Positions 28,811 to 42,153 of a DNA stretch of 64,000 bases are shown here, in pieces. The DNA is taken from NCBI GenBank assembly GCA_002269645.1, contig NIVC01001313.1, forward strand, positions 248,001 to 312,000, written 5' to 3'. The stretch is from Macrostomum lignano (Eukaryota). Positions within the stretch are counted from its first letter, which is position 1, and every line of letters begins with the position of its first letter. Position numbers and translations under genes: made by a program. The notes below the pieces were generated by a model. That model had not been told where the DNA came from. It did no database searches and was given only the letters and a program-made list of their open reading frames with translations.

Positions 28811-29544
28811 GCGGAAGCTGTGAGCTGGTGGCCTCGGCTCTTACAGAATCCTCTGCATGCCACGCTCCTCATCAGCAATATATTTGAAACCGTCCCAGTC
28901 TATTTTAAGACCGGCATTGCAAGAAACTGCTCCAATAATCCCTGGCGGGTCTCGAGCGGGTCACAGCTGGTTCGCAACTTTTATGTAAGTGAATTGGTTT
29001 TAGTGTTCAGTTCACTGCAACTGCCCAAGTGAATTGGCACACGTGGCAGCCATATCTATCTGATACTGTAAGTCTATTTCGCATTACTTGATTGCACGAT
29101 TGAATTGGATGGCACTGTGAGAATGTGTCACTCGAAATCCACTTCAGATTGATTGCGATTTTTTATTTAGTATTTATTTTAAAGACCCTATTGTACTACT
29201 CATTAACAGTAGGACTATTCAGATATTTTTAATGCACAGCTTACAGAATTTCAACATCGATCCTGTTAATGATAAATTAAACAATTCGATAAAATATATT
29301 CGAATTTAAATAACTATTATGAAAAATGAAAAAATTGTCCAGTGAATACGCTAATAAAAGTTAAACTATTTACAAAAACTTCAATAGAAAGCTACTGCAG
29401 GCATTATTCAAATAGCTTTTTGTCAAATTTATCGACTTTTAAGTCTAGACTGTCGTACACAGCATGCAATTCAAATTCGCGCCAAAACCCGGAAATATTA
29501 GATAACGATCAACGATTAACGATCAATTACTGCCCGTTCCGCCG

Positions 29545-29814
29545 ACTCCCCTGAGCAGGCACACAAGCGCGCGGATACGTACGCAGTCATACGCACAGGC
29601 ACAAACTCACACAGGTGTACAGCGGCCCTGACTATATTTCTCGTTAGGCATGTACACTTCACTGTGCCTTGGGGGTTGGCCTTTAAGGCCGTTAATTGCA
29701 TGAGCAGAGCCAAGCCGAGTTCCAATTCAGCCCCAAATTAATGTGACTGCACTTGGAATCGAGCCTGGACCGCTGGCACATCAGAGCGCCGCGCCAGACC
29801 ACTGGGCAACGCCC
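29545..29814 (-). mobile_element. tRNA-derived SINE with Pol III A/B boxes; related fragments at about 18850-18930, 26235-26315, 43920-44170 and 63505-63660
   Basis: A box TGCCCAGTGG (29808-29799), B box GGCTCGATTCC (29765-29755); shared core GGCCAACCCCCAAGG...AAGTGTAC...GGGCCGCTGTACAC and body ctgagca..cacaagcgc across copies. Confidence 0.6.
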
Positions 29815-30206
29815 TTCATGAAAGATTTTTATTGGCCTTCCATGTACACTTCCTATGGCGCTGGGCTAATGTACATTGCGGCAGCCCCAATTAGCAAGTT
29901 GTTTTATTTCTACAAGTCACTTAAAACTGTCTATCTTTTCATAAAAAAGCTTTCATATTCTTTCTTTGCTACTGAACTGAAGTAGCTCGAGAGATTTCCC
30001 AAGCATGCATGCATGAGAGGCCCATCTAGCTTTATTGGATCTGCAATCTATACTATATATACTACCTATATAGTAAGTATGCAATCTATACTATTGCAAT
30101 ATATATACTACCTATATAGTAAGTATTTCTCTGTCACAAAGTTTCAACGACGGTGTTAAAGAACCTTAAATTTGGAGAGAAAAAATTTGGCGCGAATTTG
30201 AGCTCC

Positions 30207-31226
<1,020 letters not shown>

Positions 31227-32491
31227 CTGTGAAACCGTGTGCAATATATACTACTTATTATAATGAGAAAACAGTAGTAGAGTAAGTTTAGTAGGTTCCC
31301 CTTATTCTATCCTGTGTACTTCTAAATATACTAAATCTCTAATATTTGTACGTTTGTCCATAACGCTCTAGAGATTTACTAAATTCTAAATTTCTCAGCC
31401 CTGCGCTGTGAAACAGGTGCTGTATTTCGCATTGCACTACCTACAGTAGCTTTTTCCGCAAGTATCCCATCTTGGTTTTTAGGCTGGATTCCATTTAATT
31501 TATTGCGACCAAACAGGCGACCAAGTAAGCAGAAAAATTTAATTACACGTTGGGTCATAAAACTTAATTGGACTCCGCAGCAGATTAGTTTTGGCCAAAA
31601 TTGGAGGCGGCTCTGAGCTCTTTTCGGGTGGAGAGGGTTGTAAGAGTCGGACCAATTTCCATTTCAATTTTTCAACCATTTTTTATAGAGCATACGGTTT
31701 ATTATATGGTCAGGTACGAAAGTCCTATTTTGCGAGTTAAATCATAAAGATAAGGCCTGAGGATTAGAAAAGGACCGCCTGAGGATTTGGAGGCTGCACT
31801 TTTCAAAAAAGTTCCTCTTCGAAGCGCGGATTGGAAATTTCCACGAGACGTACATCGGGTGGTGGGACGTGGGGAAATCCCCGTAGTTTTCCAAGCTTTG
31901 GTCGTCCATTTTTCTGGTCAGGCTGGCTTCATAAGACCCCGAATCGCATTCTGTAGCTTTGGCTGAGGGTCTGTCTATCAAGACATTGCAATATGCTGAC
32001 CGGCGCCGCAACTTCTGAGTGACAACTACAGCGGAGGTTGAGGGGGTGACTGGATAAGGAGGGATAGTACAGTGCGGGACGTTTGACCAGCAACAGCAGC
32101 TGCTGCTTTACTATAGCTAGCTTGAGTGCGAGCTGTGACCATAAGCTTATGGGCTTAGCTAAGCAGGTTTTCTTAACTGAAAAGAGCTGGGGGACCGGTA
32201 AGGAACGCATGTCGTGTAGAGAACCCATAGAGGCTTCCCTGCCATAGCGCTGAAAGGGTTTTGCCATAGACAAATCCGGTGTCTCCAGTATGCTAGCTAA
32301 TTGAGTGCAATAGCAATACGACAAATATGTTTCTTACTGGCCCCAGCTTATTTCTAAGAAACCAACAAGAGTCCTAATTTAGTTGCCTATAGGTGTTTCA
32401 CCACCTTATCTTATCGATGTATCACAAAATATGCGGAATATGTTTTGGCAGTCTGTCAGTGGTCTATCCCCCAGATCTCCCTGTCTGTCAG

Positions 32492-34303
32492 CCCGGCGGT
32501 AAAAATCTCGTCGAAATGACGTCGATATTCGCCTTTCAAAACTTGCGACAAATGAGTAGTCGTTTGAACCTTCATTCGACGTCGAAATTTCGATATGAAA
32601 TTTTTATCCTCGTTTTTGCAGAAATGATTATTAGTGATATTTAAAAAATTTTTTTTTCAACGTGATTTTCAGTGTATTGAAAGGATCAATAAGTTCAGTA
32701 AAACGGACACAATATTTTTTTGTTTCAACGCATCGCGAGATACACCTTTTTTAAATTATCGCCATGCTGAATGTCGATCTATTATTTGTCAATTGCAGAC
32801 TTCCAAATTATTTTACTGCGATCCATACGTATATCTTTAACGTAAATTTTCTGTAACACACATGGAAATTCATATTCTTTCATTGCGTTTCATTTTTTTC
32901 GCTAATTAATTAATGGGATATACAATTTATGCATTTAAAGTTCGATGTTTTATAATACTGTTGCCTATAGGACGGATAGGTTTAACCGTTTTACCCTTTT
33001 ATACAGGATAAGCGAATTAATAATAAAGTAGCCATAAATTAGCAACTTTTTACGTTTTAGTACAGCTTATTGGAAATGAATAATAGTGTAATATTTAATA
33101 AACAATAATATATTAACTTTTATAAATGTAATAAAAGCACAATTCTATAGCTAAAATAATATTTAGTTATGAAATTTTTTAGGAAATTTAAGACGTAAGT
33201 ATAATTTTAGCTTAAATAGTATATATAATTATCCCATTTAAACATTAATTATTTAATTATTCATTCTAATATATGTTTGTTACATTCTAAATAAAAGCAT
33301 AGCCCAACCCATAGCTGCTCATGAAATAACTAGAACAGCTATAGCATTTAAGTACCTTATCGCCAGCATCTAGAGCATGAAATACTACCCATACTATAAT
33401 TATCTATTTTTTCTATGTAATGAAAACAGGATATACTATGTAACTATATATGCTATAAAAACTTTTATAAATGCTCTATATGGCCCAGGAATATATAGAA
33501 CATTGTATAGCATTTTACTTGTTTAGTAAAGCCGCTGCTTACTCTACCAAAAATGCATGCAAATGCCCCTCTGTCAACTCGGCGGCTGAGGACGTCCTAC
33601 GTGACCGCGCAGGACGCTTTTTAAGGGCCACTAAAAAGCTGAATTTCCGTGTGGAGTAACCGCGCAGACGCCGTTGATTTTCAGTGTTTCCCTTTCACGA
33701 TTCCAATTTGTTGAATTAATGTAGTTGCATTTGTTACCATTGTTGCTCCTCATTTTTCCATCGTCTATTTTCTATTCTTAATAGCTTTGATGCTATTTCC
33801 ATGATCGTTTCCATAATTGCTGGTGAATTGAATACACTGTTTTTCATGGTTGCGGGATAATAGGATCTGGTTTGGATAGCAAATGAAACGTCATACAGCC
33901 TTGCTTGGCATTTTATGCTTAAACATTTCTTTCCTATTAAGGTAGATTAGTGACTTTAGTGTATGGATTAACATTTATGTTTCGTCAGCTTAGTTCGTTT
34001 GTAGTTCGTACATGTAGTTCGTCAGTTTATGACTATTGTATAAAAATAATGTACTACAGTTATATTATCAATATTAATTAGTATATGTAGATAAAAAATC
34101 GTCACTTTGTCGAAAATCGCCATCTACTTGCGGTCATCATGAATATGAACGACGTCGACTTTTCGCCATCAATAGTGGAAAACGCGACGTCGCACACTCT
34201 ACATCTGATGGCGAAAATTTCGACGTCGAAATCGTGGTTCAAATCGACATGAAATTTCGACGTCGCTTTTCGACGTCATTTCGACGTGATTTTTACCGCC
34301 GGG
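32492..34303. mobile_element. Non-autonomous CMC/EnSpm-like DNA transposon (1.8 kb)
   Basis: 34-bp TIRs CCCGGCGGTAAAAATC... at 32492-32525 and 34270-34303 (1 mismatch), 2-bp TSD AG, subterminal palindromic tcgacgtcga motifs, AT-rich interior with no transposase ORF seen. Confidence 0.8.
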
Positions 34304-35300
34304 AGTGGTCTATCCCCCCCAGATCTCACTGTGTGTCTGTGATCTATCCCCCCAGATCTCACTGTCTATCAGTGGTCTATCCCCCCAGATCTTACTGTGT
34401 GGCTGTGATCTATCCTCCCAGATCTCACTGTGTGTCTGTGATCTATCCCCCCAGATCTTACTGTGTGTCTGTGATCTATCCTCCCAGATCTCACTGTGTG
34501 TCTGTGATCTATCCCCCAGATCTCACTGTCTATCAGTGGTCTATCCCCCCAGATCTTACTGTGTGTCTGTGATCTATCCCCCCCAGATCTTACTGTGTGT
34601 CTGTGATCTATCCTCCCAGATCTCACTGTGTGTCTGTGATCTATCCCCCAGATCTCACTGTCTATCAGTGGTCTATCCCCCCAGATCTCACTGTGTGTCT
34701 GTGATCTATCCCCCCAGATCTTACTGTGTGTCTGTGATCTATCCTCCCAGATCTCACTGTGTCTGTGATCTATCCCCCAGATCTCACTGTCTATCAGTGG
34801 TCTATCCCCCCAGATCTCACTGTGTGTTTGTGATCTATCCCACCAGATCTTACTGTGTGTCTGTGATCTATCCCCCCAGATCTCACTGTGTGTCTGTGAT
34901 CTATCCCCCCAGATCTCACTGTGTGTCTGTGATCTATCCCCCCAGATCTCACTGTCTATCAGTGGTCTATCCCCCCAGATCTTACTGTGTGTCTGTGATC
35001 TATCCTCCCAGATCTCACTGTGTGTCTGTGATCTATCCCCCAGATCTCACTGTCTATCAGTGGTCTATCCCCCCAGATCTTACAGTCTGTCAGTGGTCTA
35101 TCCCCCAGATCTCACTGTCTGTCAGTGGTCTATCCCCCCAGATCTCACAGTCTGTCAGTGGTCTATCCCCCAGATCTCACTGTCTGTCAGTGATCTATTC
35201 CCCTAGATCTCACTGTCTGTCAGTGATCTATCCCCCAGATCTCACTGTCTGTCAGTGGTCTATCCCCCAGATCTCACTGTCTGTCAGTGGTCTATCCCCA
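34304..35300. repeat. About 30-bp minisatellite (agtggtctatcccccagatctcactgtct); remnant also at 32448-32491
   Basis: Direct inspection. Confidence 0.95.
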
Positions 35301-36672
35301 GAGAATTCACTGCTGTCTCCAAACCTAGGCTTTCTACCAAGAAAATGCAACTAAAAAAGCTGTACAATATGCTATAGACATTCATGCAATGAAAAACTAT
35401 TGTTTCACCTTTATTGCTGCTACAACGAGTGGCACTGTTTACATGCTGGTCTGTCCGAGCACTGACTTCGGGCTCAGTGGTACATGTAGATCCGTCAGAA
35501 GATGACATAGTCAGTCTTTAATTTACATGTACAAACTAATGCTTTCAAATATAAATTGAGAATCTGTGTGTCTATCTGTCTTCGTTAACTCAATTCTACC
35601 GGCTAATTTAATTCTATGACATTAATTGCTCATGTATATATATAGAAACTCGTATACATAAGACAGCTGGGTGGACAGCGCGCACACCCCCAGTCAGGGT
35701 TGAGTGTACAACTGCCGTCTGCCGCACTTGTACTTGAACCACCCCCCCCCCCGAGTTCAGCAGTTCTGCACGCAGGGGGTGGGGCAGACAGGTACACGGG
35801 CCGATGCAGAGCTATGGTACCTATTAAATAGAGGAAAACTATGAACCTCAGGGAGGCATTGGGATTCAAGTACATTGTAAGCTGCAACCAACCTGAAACT
35901 GTAAATTAGAAACTTTAAATAGTCACGTGATTTTGGTAATGTTTAAATGAGCACATGCACCAAAATTTGTTTAGACACAAAATGACTAAACTTCGTTGAA
36001 AATGAGCAAGAAAGGAATTCCATTCGCTTTCTTGAGAAGTCAGCAAGATAAGATAAACATTTTTTTATCGATAAAAATGATCACCAGTTTATACAGAAAA
36101 ATATTACACAGCCATAATTTACTTTTATTTACCTTGCGTTGGTTCAAAATAGGTTAATTTTTTTTTAAATATACGCTAAACTACTAATAGTAGACAAAAA
36201 GAATCTGCTCGCACAAGATTAAAAATAGTTATAATAATTATAAATTATAGTAGGCACTGGTGCTGTCTAAAGTGAACATTGGTAATTAAAATTATCAATC
36301 TACAGTGAAAGAAGTGAACAGTCAAAAACATAGGCATCGAATTAATTATCAACAACATTAAATTATAAAAATAATATTCATTAGCACGCAATATTTCAAC
36401 AAACTTTACAACCCATTAGGCACTAGCCAAGAGCTTTCGTATTGTTTCACAGCCGCAAAAATCCACACCATTATAAGTAATAATTATGCAATTTATGACG
36501 AAGTACACAAAAAATATGCCAATAAAACTCGAACAATCGTACATGTCAAAAAAATATTTGGAATGCTCGCAAAGTGCTACTGATATCTTTTCGTACAATA
36601 GTAGTATACAGAGATGGTGTGGCGCCGATGAGGTACATGCAGTTGCAAAAATAAACAAGGAATGATTGCTGG

Positions 36673-39600
36673 CTACAAGATTGAAGAATTCAGTCTGACT
36701 GGCCCCACCGTTAGTCGCTGTCGTTGAGTCTCAATGCTCAAATTGCGCAACTGGTCAATCTGCTCGTCCAGATCTGAGTGGCCCGAGGCTGCCGCTTCCG
36801 AGTGCTGCAAGTGGCGTCGATAGAAAAATAATTAGATGAATTTCATCACTTCTCTACTATAAGTAGGGTAGTTTGCATTATTTTTTAACGTTAAAAAAGA
36901 GACGAAAAATAGAGAAATACTGGTATTGAGAGAGAATAAAGACGCGCCCACCCCAGAGCGGTGCTCAAAGATGCCTGAGCCTCTTCAGTGCAAGCAAACA
37001 AATGCGCGCGCTTCGTAAGCGGCTGGCTTCAAGCGCTAAAAAGATTTCCCTGCTTCATAGCAGCAAACACACTCGATCTAAGCTAGCAAGTTTTCTGCAA
37101 CACTCCACAAAGATAACAGAGCCTCAATTGAAGGGCAATGGCCAGCCCTATCTAGCCTAGAAGCAGAGTAGGGCAGGGCTACACGGAGAGCAAAAGCAGA
37201 TAAGCCAGCAGAAAAAGCAGCGAGCAGAGGGGAGGTTGGGGTGGGCGGCAAGAGAAACGCGTGACGAGAGAAAAAGTGTGCGGGTTGGCAACGTGAAGAA
37301 AATTCAGTATTTCTCTCTCTATCTAAAAATAGCCGAGTCCCCAGCAACTGAGCTGCATGCTATCAGCTATTTTCAATGGCTACGTCACGCCAAAATGCAG
37401 CCCAGCCCCAACAGAAACCCTGCAGCTCAATATGCTCCAATGCACAAGCTAAATGTTTGTAAAAATCATGTGCCATAAAAATCAACTGCTACCGTAAGTT
37501 TCAACAGTAGGAAAGATTGCCGTATCGAAAGGCTGCAATTAAAAGAACTTCTCTTCTAATCAATCTAGTTTAACCGATCTGCATCGAAACCCGATTAACT
37601 TGAATCCTATGAAAACTTATTTAGCCGATATGTATCGAAAAGCTATAGTAACTATAGAATCCCATCCGCACTAATTTAGCCGATATGTATCGAAAAGCTA
37701 TAGTAACTATAGAATCCCATGCAGACCAATTTAGCCGATATGTATCGAAAAGCTATAGTAACTATAGAATCCCAAGCAGACTAATTTAGCCGATATGTAT
37801 CGAAAAGCTATAGTAACTATAGAATCCCATGCAGACCAATTTAGCCGATATGTATCGAAAAGCTATAGTAACTATAGAATCCCATGCAGACCAATTTAGC
37901 CGATATGTATCGAAAAGCTATAGTAACTATAGAATCCCATGCAGACCAATTTAGCCGATATGTATCGAAAAGCTATAGTAACTATAGAATCCCAAGCAGA
38001 CTAATTTAGCCGATATGTATCGAAAAGCTATAGTAACTATAGAATCCCATGCAGACCAATTTAGCCGATATGTATCGAAAAGCTATAGTAACTATAGAAT
38101 CCCATGCAGACCAATTTAGCCGATATGTATCGAAAAGCTATAGTAACTATAGAATCCCAAGCAGACTAATTTAGCCGATATGTATCGAAAAGCTATAGTA
38201 ACTATAGAATCCCATGCAGACCAATTTAGCCGATATGTATCGAAAAGCTATAGTAACTATAGAATCCCAAGCAGACTAATTTAGCCGATATGTATCGAAA
38301 AGCTATAGTAACTATAGAATCCCATGCAGACCAATTTAGCCGATATGTATCGAAAAGCTATAGTAACTATAGAATCCCATGCAGACCAATTTAGCCGATA
38401 TGTATCGAAAAGCTATAGTAACTATAGAATCCCAAGCAGACTAATTTAGCCGATATGTATCGAAAAGCTATAGTAACTATAGAATCCCATGCAGACCAAT
38501 TTAGCCGATATGTATCGAAAAGCTATAGTAACTATAGAATCCTACCCAGATTAATTTAGCCGATATGTATCGAAAAGCTATAGCAACTATCGAATCCCAA
38601 GCAGACTAATTTAGCCGATATGTATCGAAAAGCTATAGTAACTATAGAATCCCATGCAGACCAATTTAGCCGATATGTATCGAAAAGCTATAGTAACTAT
38701 AGAATCCTACCCAGATTAATTTAGCCGATATGTATCGAAAAGCTATAGCAACTATCGAATCCCAAGTAGACTAATTTAGCCGATATGTAGCGAAAAACTA
38801 TAGTAACTATAGAATCCTACCCAGATTAATTTAGCCGATATGTATCGAAAAGCTATAGCAACTATCGAATCCCATGCAGACTGATTTGGCCGATATGTAT
38901 CGAAAAGCTATAGTAACTATCGAATCCCAAGTAGACTAATTTAGCCGATATGTATCGAAAAGCTAAAAAACCCACCGCTTCGGACACGAGTCCACCAAGT
39001 CGCGCCTCGCACTCGCTGAGCCGATCGCCGGCCAGGTGCTCCTGCAGCTCCTGGGTGAGCAGGTCGGTGCTGAGCCGGAGCTGCGCCGAACCGGCCGCCA
39101 TGGACGTCGACGGGGATGATGTCGACGCCGAGGAAGTCGAAGCTTCCGATGCGCCGCTGCGACGGCCGGGACGCGGCCTGAGCTGCGGCTCGCCCTCGCT
39201 GGCCAGAGGACGCGGCACCGGTGGCGGCGGCGTCTGCTGCTGCTGAGGCGCCACAGCAGGTGGCGCACGGCGCCGATAGGCGCGTCGAAACGGTTGGCCT
39301 CGGTCGCCGATGCCTCGGCCAGGCGATGACGGCGACTCAGCCTCTTCAGCTGCGTTGGTGGCGGCGGCAGTGGCAGCGGCGGCTTCAGTGGCTGCGGAGG
39401 AGGCCGAGGCGGCGGCAGCGGCGGCCAAGCAGTCGAGGCTGATGGCGGCGCGGATCGGGCGGTCCAAGACGACGCCACTTCCACGAGACGCAGCAGCCGC
39501 CGAAGTCTTGGCGCAATTGTCCGCCATCCGGCAGTCGCCGCTGTCGTTGTCCTCCTTGACGGCGTCGCCACCTTCGCCGACGAGGCCTCGCAGAGCGCGG

Positions 39601-42153
39601 CGGCACCGGCGGCAGCAGCGGTCGCGGACGGCCTCGCGCAGCCGGTCGGATCGTTGGGCCTCGGCGCGGTCGCGCAGCTGCTGCCGAATCTGCGAGTTGG
39701 TGAGGCTCATCTGCAGCTCGTCAAGCCGGCGGAGCCGCTTCTCGTACAGCAGCCGGATGTCCGCCGCGTGGTGCAGCTCGTCGCGGCGGCGGCGCAGCAG
39801 GTCGGCCTCCAGCTTGGCCTGGAGAGTCGGCGACAGGTTGAGGAGCGAATGAGATGCGATTTTGAAGCTGAATAAAAATTTAGATCTATAAAATTTAAGA
39901 CAGGTATTAATCAAAGGCTCAGTATTGATTCACAACAAAGACTCAGTATTGATTCACAACAAAGACTCAATATCGATTCACAACAAAGACTAAATATCGA
40001 TTCATTACAAAGAGCCAACATCGATTCACAACAAAGACTCAATACCTATCAATTCAGAACTTGAAGACTCAATTATTTTGCAACAAAGACTCCGTTGATT
40101 TGAAACACAACATAAACAAAGACAAGCTCCCCATCAGCACCAACCTTAAAGTCCTCCCTCCGCACCCGGGAGGACATTGCCCTGGAAATCTCGGCGGACC
40201 AGACCTTCCGCAGCACTCTCAGATCGCCGTCAGTCAGCACCAGCAGGTCCGGCAGGCCCGATGCGGCCAGCGCGGTCACAATGCCCCGAAATGTCGGCCG
40301 CTGGCTGGGTTCGGTGGACCAGCAGGTCTGCATGAGGCTGCCCAGCAACCCGGGCGTGTGGCCCGGCACAGGCAGGCACAAACTGCCCTGGCCAACGCCC
40401 AGCATCACAGCCCACGGATCCACGCACTTGTAGGGCACCTCCATGAACAGCAGCTCCCACAGGATGACTCCATAGCTGTACACGTCTGCCGGGTAGCTCC
40501 AGGCCTCCTGGCGACATTGCTCCGGCGACATCCAGCGCATTGTGCCGTAGAGCTGCTGCTGCTGCTGCTGTCTATGGCCAGAACCGGCCTCGTCACCTCG
40601 GTTGGGCGGCACCAATCCAAAGTCGGAGATCTTGAGCCGGTCCAGTTCGCACAGCAGGATGTTGGGGCTCTTCAGGTCGCCGTGCGGAATCCGGCACTCG
40701 TGCAGGTAGGCCATGCCGCTGGCCAGCTGGCGGGACCAGTCGGCGATGCGAGCGGCCGGCAGGCAGTCCGTGCCGACCTGAGCGCGGGTTCGAACAGGTT
40801 TGAGATAATTTTTAATTAAATGCAACTAGTCTTAAAAACAAAGTGGCACCCGGATGCTAAAATAATGTCACCTTTTTGGCTTACAAAACATGTTTCGAAA
40901 CCAGAAGAATCTCAAATGAATTTAAAAAATGCATTCTTGAATTTAGAAAAACGGCATTCAGGATTTTTAAAAATGGCATCCTGAATTTGCAATGGCATTC
41001 ATGACTTGAAAAATGGCATTCAAAATTTGAAAAATGACATCTAGAATTTGCAAACGCAAAAGAACAGCCAGCAGCCCAGACTCACTGTATAGTAATCAAA
41101 CAGGTTGCCATGGGGACAGAACTCCATCAGCAAGCCGGGGCCGCCGCCGCCATCGAGGCAGGCTAAGAATTTCACCACATGCGGGTGGCTCAGGCGGCCC
41201 AGGTGGCTCAGCTCTTTCAGCGGCACCAGCAGCGCCGCGTCGGGATCGTTGAATCGTTTCAGCGCCACCTGCTGGCCGCGGTGCAGCACCAGGGTGACGG
41301 AGCCCTGACTGCCGGAGGCCAGGAACCCCAGCTCGACGACCTCGGACTCGTCGGCGCACCAGTCCGCTGCCTGCTGCCGCTGCTGGGGCTGCTTTGACGC
41401 AGGCACTGAGGGAGGGAATATGGAATGCCAACGTATTGATGTTGGAGTAAACGGCGAGAGTAACTATTACTACTTTGTGATAAGTAAATGCCTCGTCATC
41501 TAATTAGCTATAATAGGGAGCTGCAATAAGAAACTAAATCTAAAAAAACTTAAGCAGACACATAATCACGTGATCTTACCAGCAGCGGTTCGGCCAACCG
41601 CATTCCACATCGGCCGGAAACAGCCAACAATGCCTTGCCAGAAGGCTCCAGTGCCACCTCTCTGCTGTTGCTGCTGTTGTTGCAATGGACCGCCAGCAAT
41701 TGGCTGCCCAGCAACATTGCCGCACAGAGAATAAACTGAGGATGCTGGATTACAATTGTTAATCGAACCGAGCTGCATCATCTGCTGGTTCATCTGTTGC
41801 AGATGCTGCAGCATGGGAAGAGACTGGGATTGCTGCTGCTGCTGAGGATTTCCTAACGGCGAAACGGCGAGGGATGCCATGGCGGGGCCGGAGCCGTTGG
41901 AGCCGGCCGAGGAGCTCCAGCTGTCGCGCAGAGATGCAGACGATGAAGCAGATGGAGGCCAAATGGCAGCGCCTGAGAGCAGCTGCAGCTGAGAGTTAGG
42001 AAATGCGGCAGAGGGCTCCGGCTCTGTTGATGGCTCCACTTCGACATGGGATAGAGGGAGCTGCTGCTGCTGCTGCTGCTTCAGGTCGAGTTGAAGACTT
42101 GGCGAGCTGCACAGCATTGGCTGCTGATTGGTTGCCAGGCCGTTGCCAGGCAT
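36673..42153 (-). CDS. MAP3K13: DLK/LZK-type dual leucine zipper MAP3K (MAP3K12/13 family), divergent
   Basis: Exons 41580-42153, 41086-41405, 40145-40777, 38976-39818, 36673-36804 (phases consistent; last exon less certain). GCFRPMW pre-kinase motif, SGSQG loop, HGDLKSPN, DFG, GTMRWMSPE, VPYK.VD...GVG..SL.LPVP, zipper RRRDELHHAADIRLLYEKRL. Cannot distinguish MAP3K12 from MAP3K13. Confidence 0.85.
37612..38965. repeat. 55-bp minisatellite, about 24 copies
   Basis: Unit aatttagccgatatgtatcgaaaagctatagtaactatagaatcccatgcagacc. Confidence 0.97.

Noticed and set aside
37612-38965. CRISPR-like appearance of regular palindromic repeats (also 16945-17992 and 47390-48012)
   Set aside because: Units are head-to-tail with no unique spacers, no cas genes are present and the context is eukaryotic introns; these are minisatellites.
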